A stretch of DNA of 53,554 nucleotides, taken from positions 1-53,554 of the IMG/VR virus record IMGVR_UViG_3300023105_000044; one strand, given 5' to 3'. Both the position numbers and the translations under genes were made by a program. Each line of letters begins with the position of its first letter. Positions within the stretch are counted from its first letter, which is position 1. Of this stretch, positions 15,105 to 25,900 are shown piece by piece. Origin of the DNA: a virus. Taxonomy: Duplodnaviria; Caudoviricetes. The notes beneath the pieces were generated by a model that worked only from the letters and a program-made list of their open reading frames with translations, had not been told where the DNA came from and did no database searches.

Positions 15105-17741
15105 TTACAGTACTATCATACATTCTACTAATTTTTCGCCTTCTTCACTATTTGATTCTAATGCTACTGCAACCTTGTGTATGCCTTCTTTAACTAGACA
15201 TCCGTTATCGCCTGCAAATAATAAAGTGCCTTTTTGAACTGCTCCAACTACACGAGTTGGAACACGACCTTTAAGTGCTATAGGTTGACCGTTTTCTAAA
15301 CTTGAATTCATTAAGTAAGCAGGATCTGTTGATACAATTCCTACCGGAAATGATACTGCACTACATGCTTCTAATTCATGACCTTCATCTGTACATACTG
15401 TGACTACTGTGCCTGGAGCAAGTTCTTGATCGGTTGTGTACATCTCTGCTAAGTCAGCATATTCTGCCGAAGTAGCAGTACCTTTAAATTTACCTGTTGA
15501 CAGTGTTATACCATCTACGTCAAAAACTGTATGTTGTACGTTAGCTAATGTATACACCATATTAGAATTAGAAATAATATTAGTACTGTTAGTGTCGCCG
15601 CTAATAATTCTGTCTGAACTAAGACCGCTAATTGCGTTATTAACACCAGCAATTAAAGCGTCAACTTCGCCTGTACTGTAAACACCTAAGTTAGTTCTAG
15701 CAGTAGGTGCTGTAGTTGCTCCTGTACCACCACCTGAAATTGCAAGTGTACCTTCGTTTGCAAAATTAAAGTTATTACAGAACAAATTATCAAAGTAACC
15801 ATCTTTAGTTGTACCAACTTCGTTAACATGTCCAACAAACTTAACGTTAGCTGTAATTGTTTCGCCTGTAATTGTATCATCTGATACAATGCCAGTTTCA
15901 GCTGTAATTATTCTAGCAGCAAAGTCACCAAACTGATCTCTAGCAACAAGGTTGCCGCCTTGGTTGTCTGAACCAGCATTAAGTCCAAGAAGTGCTGTTG
16001 CACTTTCAGTTGCTGCTCCGTCTTGTATATTGTTTATGTATACGTTAACATAAGGGTCATTGTCATATATTGCAAGACTTTGAACATAGTTACCTGTAGT
16101 ATCACTTCCTAGTGCTACTTTATTATTTCCAACGGTAATATTTAATGTTACATCTTGAGATCCATCAAATTCTACTGAACCGTCTGCATCTCCTGCTATT
16201 GTAAGTGTCATTTTTTCATGCCATCTAGTAGCAGTTGATGACTGTCCGTTTAATCCGCCAATAAATTCATTTGCCCATAAACTTCCGTTTTCGTCTCTAA
16301 CAGCAACAGTATTAGGAACATTGCTACCTTGATTAGCAACACTTGCAGAACGATTTTCAAATTGATCTGGAGTTCCTGTTGGAACTCTTATTGTTGCTGA
16401 TCTAGAAGCTAGTCCATTAAATTGTTCTGCAAATAAATGTCCATTACCATCACGTAATGCTAGTTTATTTGCTGTACTTGTTACAGTTGCATTTACATAA
16501 TCTGTTGTACCGTCTACTTGTACACTATCTGCTTTTGTAACTCGTGCTGTAAGGGCTGCTGTTGCGTCTGCGCTGTTGTATAACGCTGTTCCACGGAATG
16601 CTGTACCAAAGATATCACCAACGCTATCTCTTGTAACAATAGCATTGTTTGTATTAGTTCTAGTAGCAATTCTAAAAGTACCGTCACTTAAAAGGTTGTT
16701 AGCATTATCTGCAATACCTCTAAAGTTTACAGCATACACTTCATTCCAGCGTAAACTTGAACTACCAATATCTTTACTGTTATCTGTTGCTGGCATTGCG
16801 CCATCGGCAGTAAGTGTTAATGGTGTAACTGTGTTACCACTTACATCATCAACTTTAAAGTTTATCTTTCCACCATTAATAGTTGATTTAAGTTCTGCTT
16901 CGCCATTTGAAACTCTTAATGTTACTTCATTATTTGGACCAATTAATACACCGTCGTTATCATCAATATTAACTTGAGTTAAAAATATAGGATTAGAACG
17001 TTGTACAAATTCTTGTGCAAGTGTTCCGCCTAGTTGTAGTGTATTTGACACTGTACCGTGGAACTGATAGTTTCCACTAGTAACACCATTGTTTGCGTTT
17101 TCAGTATTTAAAAGTGTAATACCTTTTTTAATTCTATCAAATCCTGTTATTGGATTTGAATCGTCTAATACAAACTCATCATTACTTACTGTAAAAATTA
17201 CAACATCGTCTACATACCCTTTTAAAATTTTGTGTTTGTAGGGTGAAGGGTCTGCTTGGCCTGCAAATAAATTATCAAATACTTCAGCATCTTCTACTGC
17301 TGTTTTAATTGTTTGATTTCCTCTTGGTCCAATTAGTACAAATGGATCACCTGAAGTTGCGCCGTTGTGTGTATATAACTGACTTGTTACATCATCCCAC
17401 CATAAATCGCCTTTATTGACGTTTGCTGCTGTAATTGCTGCGCCGGTAGGTTTAGCACCAATGTGAAGGTTTCCAAGGGGAACAAAAACACTCTCATCAT
17501 TGCCGTCATATGCTTTAATCTTTTTATCAGTTGTATCAAACCATAACTGACCTGCAATAGGTCTAGGTGGTTGATTAGCACCAGCAAAATTCTCTAACAA
17601 GTAGATAAAGTTTTCATTTTGAATTTCGCCGTAACCTGCGTAGTTTTTACCTATTAGTTTAAGGTCAGTGGTATTATCAATAGTACCATCTTCAACTACT
17701 GCAACGTCTTGATTGCGAGTATTAAATATTGTGTAAGCCAT
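15105..17741 (-). CDS. tail fibre-like structural protein with putative C-terminal intramolecular chaperone (Peptidase_G2-like)
   Basis: Shared N-terminal LIGKNYAGYGE..NENF..LLENFA..P..GQLWFD module; C-terminal ADLAEMY...PGTVV...VSTDPAYLMN...IALKGRVP. Confidence 0.7.
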   Translation of the reverse strand: MAYTIFNTRNQDVAVVEDGTIDNTTDLKLIGKNYAGYGEIQNENFIYLLENFAGANQPPRPIAGQLWFDTTDKKIKAYDGNDESVFVPLGNLHIGAKPTGAAITAANVNKGDLWWDDVTSQLYTHNGATSGDPFVLIGPRGNQTIKTAVEDAEVFDNLFAGQADPSPYKHKILKGYVDDVVIFTVSNDEFVLDDSNPITGFDRIKKGITLLNTENANNGVTSGNYQFHGTVSNTLQLGGTLAQEFVQRSNPIFLTQVNIDDNDGVLIGPNNEVTLRVSNGEAELKSTINGGKINFKVDDVSGNTVTPLTLTADGAMPATDNSKDIGSSSLRWNEVYAVNFRGIADNANNLLSDGTFRIATRTNTNNAIVTRDSVGDIFGTAFRGTALYNSADATAALTARVTKADSVQVDGTTDYVNATVTSTANKLALRDGNGHLFAEQFNGLASRSATIRVPTGTPDQFENRSASVANQGSNVPNTVAVRDENGSLWANEFIGGLNGQSSTATRWHEKMTLTIAGDADGSVEFDGSQDVTLNITVGNNKVALGSDTTGNYVQSLAIYDNDPYVNVYINNIQDGAATESATALLGLNAGSDNQGGNLVARDQFGDFAARIITAETGIVSDDTITGETITANVKFVGHVNEVGTTKDGYFDNLFCNNFNFANEGTLAISGGGTGATTAPTARTNLGVYSTGEVDALIAGVNNAISGLSSDRIISGDTNSTNIISNSNMVYTLANVQHTVFDVDGITLSTGKFKGTATSAEYADLAEMYTTDQELAPGTVVTVCTDEGHELEACSAVSFPVGIVSTDPAYLMNSSLENGQPIALKGRVPTRVVGAVQKGTLLFAGDNGCLVKEGIHKVAVALESNSEEGEKLVECMIVL

Positions 17742-17766
17742 TCGTTACTTCCCCTATTACGATATA

Positions 17767-17773
17767 GTATTTA
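17767..17773 (-). promoter_or_regulatory. late promoter TAAATAC
   Basis: Minus strand reads GATAAATAC, upstream of an AGGGG RBS. Confidence 0.6.
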
Positions 17774-17795
17774 TCGTATTTCCCTTTTAATTTCG

Positions 17796-20099
17796 TTACG
17801 GTGTTTCACCGTTTGGTCCTGTAGCAGATGCTTGCCATTCATACGTCCCGCCGTTATCGATAACTTTGTAAAAGCGTTTTACGCGAGTTGTTTGTGCCGG
17901 TGAGCCGCCATCATCTGCTTTAAGGGTAACATCACCTGAAGTAGTGCCAGTAAATCCAATATCTTGAACTAATTGTTGGTTTGCCGAACCACCATTTGTT
18001 GGTGGTGTACCATATGGTTCAATAGTATTAATGTCACTAAAATCTGCACCAATCTTTGTTGTACTAATTGTATTTGATATATCAATATTAGAAACTTGAC
18101 CTCTAAAAGAAGTAGTATGTACTCTAGCAAATGTATTAAGTCTTTTTTCTGCTGCTGGGTGCAAGAAATCTAAAATATCTATAATTTGTTCATTTAAACT
18201 GTTAAATCCAGTTTGTGGCATGTCTGTTACATCAAGTGCAAGTGCAACAGTATTACTTTCCATTTGTGTATCAACGTAATCTTTGTTAGCAGCATCACTT
18301 AATGCACCTGTAGTGTAGTTTGTTGTTGCAACACCAGTAATTTTAACATCATTACCAGCATTAGTAACAGTTATAGTGTCTGCACTATCTATACGCAATC
18401 CATCTATCGGTGCTTGTATCGTAGGTAATGTTGCTCCGTATGCTGTAACTTCGTCAATTAAAATTCTAGTAGTACCTGGCTCACCAACTCTTACTCTATC
18501 TAAAATACCAACGTCTCTTAATCCTGATGCTACTTCAATGTTTACACCTAATTCAAAATATGTATCAGGTGCAGATGTTTGTTCTATCATCACTCTTGGA
18601 TTATTAGAAACTCTATCTATAATCTTAAATGCTTTATCTTCAGCAAGTGCAAAGTTTTCACTTGATTCCCATTGATCATCGTAAGCGTTATTGATCCATT
18701 TTAAATACTTGTCATATTCATTAGATACAGCAGGAGTACCTTTAATAATAACACCGGCGCCGTTAGCAGTAACATCAGATCTTTGTACAGCTGAAGCTAC
18801 ATATGCTTCTGTACCAATAGGTTCTTCTCTTAACAAAATTCCTGCTGATGCTGCTGTTAATCTATTTGATAAACCTTCACTAAAGGATCCACTAACTGGT
18901 TCTAAATATAGTGTTAGTAAATCATCTGATATAGATTTAAATCTACCTTGTGCATTAGTATTTGATTCTGTAATTAATTCATTCTCTGTTAACAATGCTG
19001 CAATAGTAGCATTCATTGGACTGTTTAAGGTAATTACAGTATCAGCATGTCCTAATTCAAGATTATAATCATCAACAGTTAGTGTTGAAGTTTCAAGTAC
19101 TGTTTGGTTACCTTCAACTGTTAAGTTTCCTCGAATAATAGTATCGCCGTTTACATCTAGTGTTGCTCTAGGAACAGAGCCTAAATCCATATTAATACCA
19201 GCACGTCTATTATTTGAAGTTAATACAAAAGCATCATATTCTGAATCGCCTAACATATTAACTCTAAACTTATCATCTTTACCTGTAAGTATTATAGAAG
19301 TTACTTCGTCAGTTGCTTGAAATCTTGCTTCTCCTGTTCTACCTATAGTTAAACCATTTGAGTTTTGAATAAAAATTGTACCTGTTGTAGTACTATTTGC
19401 ATCTGAGAACAAAAATTGCGATGCAGATTTTCTAATTCTGTTTCCGTTACTGTCAAGGTCATTTGTAATAAGTGATTCTGCTGCATTTGAAACTCCGTAA
19501 AATACAAAGTTATCAGAATCAATAATGTTATAGCCTTTTAAAATTCTTCCAGTAATACGTAATCTTGATTGTTCTGATAATGATGGTTCAAAGTTTATAT
19601 TACTTAATAGTGCAACAGGAGTATTTGCAATTAAAAGTTTTACTACTGTTCTGTCTTGACCATCTTTACCTCTAACTGTATCTACTACATAACCACTAGT
19701 TCCTTGGGCATCTGTATATGCAGGACCTACTAGTATAGGATCACCTGTGCCATCATAAAAGTGTAACTGGTTTGTAGAGTTATTGATCCAAATATCACCT
19801 GCAACCATATCTGGTTGAGTATTACTTATAATAGGACCACTTGCTTTAAAACCACTTCCGTCATAAACTTTAAGTCTTGCTTCAGATCTATCATACCATA
19901 CTTGTCCAACAATTGGCGTTGCTGGAGGCGAAGTGCTTGCAAAGTTTTCTAATAACTTAATAAGATTCTCGTTGAATGCTTCTCCAAATCCAACGTAGTT
20001 TCTACCTATAAGAGTTAAATCGCAGGAAGTAGTATCTATTTGACCGTCTACTAATTCTGTTAGTAGTGTTCCGTCGGTTTTGTTAAGTTTGTAAGCCAT
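17796..20099 (-). CDS. tail fibre-like structural protein (paralog 2)
   Basis: Same N-terminal module (LIGRNYVGFGEAFNENLIKLLENFA..P..GQVWYD); beta-rich body; DAANKDYVD motif. Confidence 0.7.
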   Translation of the reverse strand: MAYKLNKTDGTLLTELVDGQIDTTSCDLTLIGRNYVGFGEAFNENLIKLLENFASTSPPATPIVGQVWYDRSEARLKVYDGSGFKASGPIISNTQPDMVAGDIWINNSTNQLHFYDGTGDPILVGPAYTDAQGTSGYVVDTVRGKDGQDRTVVKLLIANTPVALLSNINFEPSLSEQSRLRITGRILKGYNIIDSDNFVFYGVSNAAESLITNDLDSNGNRIRKSASQFLFSDANSTTTGTIFIQNSNGLTIGRTGEARFQATDEVTSIILTGKDDKFRVNMLGDSEYDAFVLTSNNRRAGINMDLGSVPRATLDVNGDTIIRGNLTVEGNQTVLETSTLTVDDYNLELGHADTVITLNSPMNATIAALLTENELITESNTNAQGRFKSISDDLLTLYLEPVSGSFSEGLSNRLTAASAGILLREEPIGTEAYVASAVQRSDVTANGAGVIIKGTPAVSNEYDKYLKWINNAYDDQWESSENFALAEDKAFKIIDRVSNNPRVMIEQTSAPDTYFELGVNIEVASGLRDVGILDRVRVGEPGTTRILIDEVTAYGATLPTIQAPIDGLRIDSADTITVTNAGNDVKITGVATTNYTTGALSDAANKDYVDTQMESNTVALALDVTDMPQTGFNSLNEQIIDILDFLHPAAEKRLNTFARVHTTSFRGQVSNIDISNTISTTKIGADFSDINTIEPYGTPPTNGGSANQQLVQDIGFTGTTSGDVTLKADDGGSPAQTTRVKRFYKVIDNGGTYEWQASATGPNGETP

Positions 20100-20104
20100 T
20101 TATT

Positions 20105-22318
20105 TTATTCCCCTGCATAAATTAGATAGTTAAGTGTTAAAAATGGGCTTAGTGTATCAAATGCTTGCCCTATAGTTTCTTGTGACGATACACCACCAGT
20201 ACCTGCATACAATGCACCAGTACCAGTACCTACTAAATCTTGTTTCTCAACTGTGCCACCTTGACCTAAGTTAGCAACTGTTGATGTATCACTAAATGCA
20301 TAGAATTGCGATCCGTCGCCGCCGTCCATATCATTTATCATATCGTGTTCGTGTTCTGGAAGATTAGTTAATTCAAGTGATACTTGTTCTACGCCGCCGT
20401 TGCCGCCAATAGCATCTGCAGAGTCGTTAATAATTCGTTGTGCGTTTCCAGCTTCTCCCATAATATCTGCACCTAATGGGAATCTGCCGCGCATATCTGG
20501 TACAGCAAAATATTTTTCTGGATCAAATCCTGCTTGTTGTACTAAACTCTTTGATAAAAATGACCACTGTATAAGACTGTGCAAATCTGCATATTCTGCA
20601 ATTAAGTATATGCCGCCATCACAAACTAACCAACCGTCGGGTATTGGAATTTCAATATCATTAATAATACCTGCATATGGTATAACTGTACCTACTGGCA
20701 CAATCGCCTTAACTCCTGCAAGTATTCTAGACCTTGGCATTTTAAACACGCCTTCAGGTTTGTTAACTAAAAATTCGTCATTGTCTTCCGAAGGAACAGG
20801 TTTAGCATTTACGCCAGCACCAATAACATCTGGTCTGTTAGCAATAAAGTTGTTACTAACCGCCGTAGTAAATGTTACTGTTCCTTGTTGTCCGTCAAAA
20901 CTGACATTGTTAGCAGTAACATCGCCTGTTACTTGGAAAACTGTAGGAGACGATAATCTATCTGCTTGTCCAGATCTTCCTGAAACTGAACCTTGTACTT
21001 CGCCTCGTAGACTTCCAATAAATTCTGTAGCATACATTGCTGAGAAAACTCTAGTTGGAGTACCAATAGTTCTTAAGTTATTTTCATCTGGAACAATAGC
21101 AGCATTATATGTATTTCTTAAAGCATCAACACCAAACTCCGACAAGTCTATACTTGTTAAAGGTATTGAATCAGGTGCTCTACCTACTGTTAACGGACCT
21201 TGGATTTTAGCTTGTCCACCAACAGATAAGTTCTTAGCAATGCCTGCACCACCAGTAGTTATAATACTACCACTATTAACAGTTCCGCTGTCTAATAAAC
21301 TTGTTACTTTAATTTGTTCGTCTGATTGAATAATACCCGATACATCTAATTCTTGTTCTGGTCCTGACTTGTTAATACCAACTTTTCTAGAACTGTCTAC
21401 TGTTAATACAGCTTCTAGTATAGGATTTTCATCAACTAATTGTGTGCCTGGGTTCATTCTAATTTGTAAATTAGAACCTGGTATAGCATGAGATATGACG
21501 CCGCCAAAACCATCTATTGTTAGTTTTAATTCTGAAGTTTCACCTATTGACAATCCTTCTGGATTTTTAATTGCTATAGGATAGTTTATAAGGTTAATTG
21601 CGTCTTTACGCATAACATTAGCAGCAGTAATTAATATATCTTGAGCTGTTGTTACTCCTGGTATAACTAACCCTAATGCTTTTTCTGAAATACCATTAAA
21701 TTGTGATACGCCATCGCCTGCTATATTTGCTGCTGATAGATTAATTCCTGGACGTATTCCGCCTTCAAATCCTTCAATTGTTGCTTTTGGACTAAATGCT
21801 TCACTTGAAATAATAGCAACAGGTTTTCCTTTTGCTTCAATGAATACAACATCATATTCGTTGTTATCAATAGCAACAATTTTATCTGGTCTAGAACCAG
21901 TAGCAAGTCCTTCTGCAAATTGTGGACCTACAAGCAACCATCCAGAACCAGCAAATAAGTATAATTGTTGGTTATCTGTATCAACCCAAAGATCACCAAT
22001 AACTGAATTTTCTGCATCTGGAGCAATATTTGCTTTTTTGAGTCCGCCAGCTGCTACCCATGTACTACCATCCCATAGTTTTAATTGGTCAACACCCGGA
22101 CTATTGTCATACCATAACTGCCCTTCTACTGGACTTGATGGCTGTGTTGCATTTGCAAAATTTTCTAATAGATGTAAAAAGTTTTCTGCAATACTAGAAC
22201 CATAAGCAGTAGTATTACGTCCTGGCAACTTTAAAGAAGTTTCTTGGTTAATAGTATTATCTTCAATGACAATACTGCCTTTATTAACAAAGTCTGAATA
22301 TCTAATTTCGTATGCCAT
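20105..22318 (-). CDS. short tail fibre-like protein with tail-collar domain (paralog 3)
   Basis: Same N-terminal module; C-terminal VPVGTVIPYAG...PDGWLVCDG...VPDMRGRFPLG...PFLTLNYLI tail-collar signature. Confidence 0.78.
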   Translation of the reverse strand: MAYEIRYSDFVNKGSIVIEDNTINQETSLKLPGRNTTAYGSSIAENFLHLLENFANATQPSSPVEGQLWYDNSPGVDQLKLWDGSTWVAAGGLKKANIAPDAENSVIGDLWVDTDNQQLYLFAGSGWLLVGPQFAEGLATGSRPDKIVAIDNNEYDVVFIEAKGKPVAIISSEAFSPKATIEGFEGGIRPGINLSAANIAGDGVSQFNGISEKALGLVIPGVTTAQDILITAANVMRKDAINLINYPIAIKNPEGLSIGETSELKLTIDGFGGVISHAIPGSNLQIRMNPGTQLVDENPILEAVLTVDSSRKVGINKSGPEQELDVSGIIQSDEQIKVTSLLDSGTVNSGSIITTGGAGIAKNLSVGGQAKIQGPLTVGRAPDSIPLTSIDLSEFGVDALRNTYNAAIVPDENNLRTIGTPTRVFSAMYATEFIGSLRGEVQGSVSGRSGQADRLSSPTVFQVTGDVTANNVSFDGQQGTVTFTTAVSNNFIANRPDVIGAGVNAKPVPSEDNDEFLVNKPEGVFKMPRSRILAGVKAIVPVGTVIPYAGIINDIEIPIPDGWLVCDGGIYLIAEYADLHSLIQWSFLSKSLVQQAGFDPEKYFAVPDMRGRFPLGADIMGEAGNAQRIINDSADAIGGNGGVEQVSLELTNLPEHEHDMINDMDGGDGSQFYAFSDTSTVANLGQGGTVEKQDLVGTGTGALYAGTGGVSSQETIGQAFDTLSPFLTLNYLIYAGE

Positions 22319-22321
22319 TTA

Positions 22322-22939
22322 TTACACCTCGTTAAAACCTGTTAAACTTTGAACCCTTACAGTGTAATCTATTTGAATAAGTCTATTCAATGATTTTTGA
22401 ACTGGATGGAAGATAACATGTGTTAATAGCCTACCGTCTGCACCATTTGGACCTGCACTAACAAGTCCTAGTTCGTCAAATACATAAAGATTTTCTGTGT
22501 TTGTAGTAGTATCAAACGCATCTTGTCCGCTAGGTTCACCATAGTCTAGCAAACAACTAACAAGTATGTCTGTATAATTTGTACCACTTACGTGTCTTGT
22601 TTCAATTTTGTTTCTTACTGGATCAGTATTATTTCCTGCTTGATCGTCAACGACTTTAGCAAATGTTTGATTATACAAACTTGCATTTGTTCCTGTGCTA
22701 TTTGGAGTCAAGTATGTAATAATACCTGTCGGATCAACTGACGTTCCTCCGTTTCCAAACGCCATTTTGTATATTGGACCTTGTCCAGAATTGGCTAGTG
22801 ATTCTGCTAACGCTAAACTCATATTTTCATAATGAATAGCGTTACGTTTGTCAATAAGAATTTCTCCACTCTCAGGATCATGGATTTTAATATGTCCTTG
22901 GAGTAGTACTCCGTTTAAATCTTTAAATGTATCTGTCAT
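22322..22939 (-). CDS. conserved virion structural protein (baseplate/fibre attachment, tentative)
   Basis: GHIKIHD...KRNAIH...FDELGL...LLTHVIFHPVQKSLNRLIQIDYTVR; inside the tail operon. Confidence 0.65.
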   Translation of the reverse strand: MTDTFKDLNGVLLQGHIKIHDPESGEILIDKRNAIHYENMSLALAESLANSGQGPIYKMAFGNGGTSVDPTGIITYLTPNSTGTNASLYNQTFAKVVDDQAGNNTDPVRNKIETRHVSGTNYTDILVSCLLDYGEPSGQDAFDTTTNTENLYVFDELGLVSAGPNGADGRLLTHVIFHPVQKSLNRLIQIDYTVRVQSLTGFNEV

Positions 22940-22956
22940 TTTATCTTCCTGCTAGT

Positions 22957-22963
22957 GTATTTA
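22957..22963 (-). promoter_or_regulatory. late promoter TAAATAC overlapping the stop of the giant gene
   Basis: Minus strand reads TAAATAAATAC, followed by an AGGA RBS. Confidence 0.55.
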
Positions 22964-25900
22964 TTTAGGTAAGTCAGTTGTTGCTCCACGTATGAAATCT
23001 GCAATAGCATTATCTGCATATCTCAATTGTTCTCCAGGTAATTGCCATGTTTTTCCTAGTTTTCTAACAACTAAAACCCTAGTTGCTTCTATTGGTTTCT
23101 CTGCAAGAGTAACTATAGCAGTATTATTTTCAATTGATAGTGTAAATTCTGGCTCTAATGTAATATCACCTTCTGGACTATCAGCATCAATAATGTTTGT
23201 TATTAAGTTACCTTCGCTATCTATTTCTTGGAACTGGTAAGCTGATATTGAATTTTTGCGTAATCTTCTACCTGCAACAAAAATTTCAAATTCGTCAACA
23301 CCTTTTGTAGGTATCCAATCAAGTGTAAGTTGCGTTGATTCATCATCAAGTGCAATTAAGCTCACCATTTCATCTCTATAAGGAATAGTCTCTGAAGTAC
23401 TTTGATCCATTAATTCTGTACCAACTTCGTATACATCTTTAGGACCTGTTCCTAGTGTTCCTCTCCTTAACTGTGATAGAACATTATCTTCTACTTTGAA
23501 GTATTCAATTCTTTCACCTTCAACAAATAACACACCAGGAATATTAAGTTCCGTACTCGGCTGTGTTATTCCGGTTGCATCTGTCAAAGTTATCTTTTCG
23601 TCTGTAATGTGTAACGGCTCTCTAAGAATATAAACATTATTTTTGTTTAATCTCTTATAATGAGTTCTGTTTAACATATCCTTAAACATCCTAAACCCAA
23701 ATTTTTCAGTTGCTTTATCAGCTGCAAAATGAATAACTTGTATTACATCATTTTCTTTAACGGGTCTATCTATTTGTACGTAATTATCCATTTTAACTAA
23801 TCTATAATCTACGCTTGATGTTAACATTTCTCCGTTTAGCAATACCCACACATATGCTATATCTAAAGCTGGAACTCTTAGTTGTACTAAACCTCTAGTT
23901 AATCTATTAAATTCATAGTAATCATCTGTTCCAACAGTTAATGTAGATCTAGTTACATTAACTTTAGTTTCCATTTGTATATCTTGTATATCGTGTTTGT
24001 TAAATTTATAAACATCTATAGTAGCATTTTCAGCCGGAGTATCTTTTAGAATTAAACTATCTCCTGCTTCGATAAATTCTATTGCAGAAATATTATCAGC
24101 CGATGCTTGGCTAGTTAGTCCTTTTACAGGAATAGTATCATCAAGATCAATTGCTTGTACAAGTCCTGATACTGTGCCAACTAACACAAGATTTCCTGTT
24201 CCTGTAGAATAAGATTTAACTGTTGCTGTATAAACAGTACTATCTCCTGTTCCAATTTCAACAGTTTCCCCAGGTTCAAATGTACCAATTGCATTTGGAA
24301 CAGTTATTAAAGTATTTCTATTAAAGTCATATTCGCCAGATTCTGGAATAACAATTTCTAAATCATCGCCAACTTCTCCAACGTTATCAAACAATGTTAC
24401 TGAAGAGTCACTATAGTTCCAACGATAGTCTTGTAATAATGCTAATTTTTCACCGTTTAGATAGACTATAACTGAATCAGGACTTAAACTACCTGTTGCA
24501 TATTGTGATCTATCTAACACATATTCTCTAGAAGTACTAATATACCAATGTTGTGTATATCCTGGATAAAGAATTTTATTATCAACCTTAACAATAATGT
24601 TATGACTTAAAGGAAGTCTAGTTGACGGCTCTGGAGTTAATTCAAATTCAACTGTACTACCGTCGCCTATAAATCTATCTACAAGGACTTCGCTATATCT
24701 TTGTATTGTAGCATCTTCGTTAGTGTCAAATAACGAGTAATATATAAATGCATTTTCTTCAGGAGCAACTACAAACTGCATTGCGGTATAGCCTTGTAAA
24801 TCTCCGTATGTTTCGTCGGCTTCAAACAGAGTAACTTGTGCTTTTTTACCATCTACAGTAATATAATATTGCTGATTTGGATTATAAAGTGCGCTAGAAA
24901 CAAAAATTTGTGTTGTTCCGTCCCCAGTAAATGAGTCTATATCAATAATTCTTTCACCATTACCTGCCATTGAAGAAATGTTTACTTTATCTCCTTGTGA
25001 TAGAGCCGTTGTTAAAGTAACAACCTTGTCAGAATAATTTATTTCATACTCTTCGGAGCTCATTAGCACACCATTAACTTTAACAAATAACGAATCTATA
25101 TTATGTGGTAAAATACTTAAATCAAAAGTAGTTTGTCCGCTAGTAGCAGTATAATTTCTAGTGCTTATTAAACTGCCGCCATCTGCTGCACGATCATAAA
25201 CTTTTAAATCAAGTGTATCGTGTAACTGTCCTGGAATAAGTTCTTCAGGACCTTTGCTTGTAGTAGGTGTAACAAATCCGTCACCGTCAAGTGTAATATC
25301 ACCTGCTGCTAAACCTGTAGCAGTTCCATATGCTAAATTACCACCTTGTATTATTGAGTCAAATCCAACACCTTCGGGTAAGAAACTTCCATCTGATGTA
25401 GATTTTCTAATAACAATAACTTGGTCTTTAGGAGGATTATTAATACTTGTAGTGTAGTATTCTTCAAATTCTTCTATGTTTTCTATACTTACAATATACT
25501 CGCCATTAACAACTTCATAATTTGAACTTTCTGTTGTAATAGTTCTCATTATTGCGTTAGGATTTCCTAGTGCAAGTACTGTAACTCCATCATCGGCAAG
25601 ATAAGTTTTAGAACTTCCATCCCAATTAGGATCATCAATGCGTATACCGTTAATGTACACATTGTATTCAACACCATCTTCAAGAGGTTTACTTAACGAA
25701 AACTTAGTTGTGCTGCCATCTGAATAGAATGTTTCGTCATCAAAGTTTGTATCGTATGAATCCCAAGAAGTTGTATACCATTCTTTAGTATCCCAACCTA
25801 AATCTTGTCCAAACTCAAATGATCTAACTTCTACACCACCATAGTCAACACCGTCCATTAGCTGTCCAAGATCATTTCCTTGTTGTCCTTCTGCTGGATT

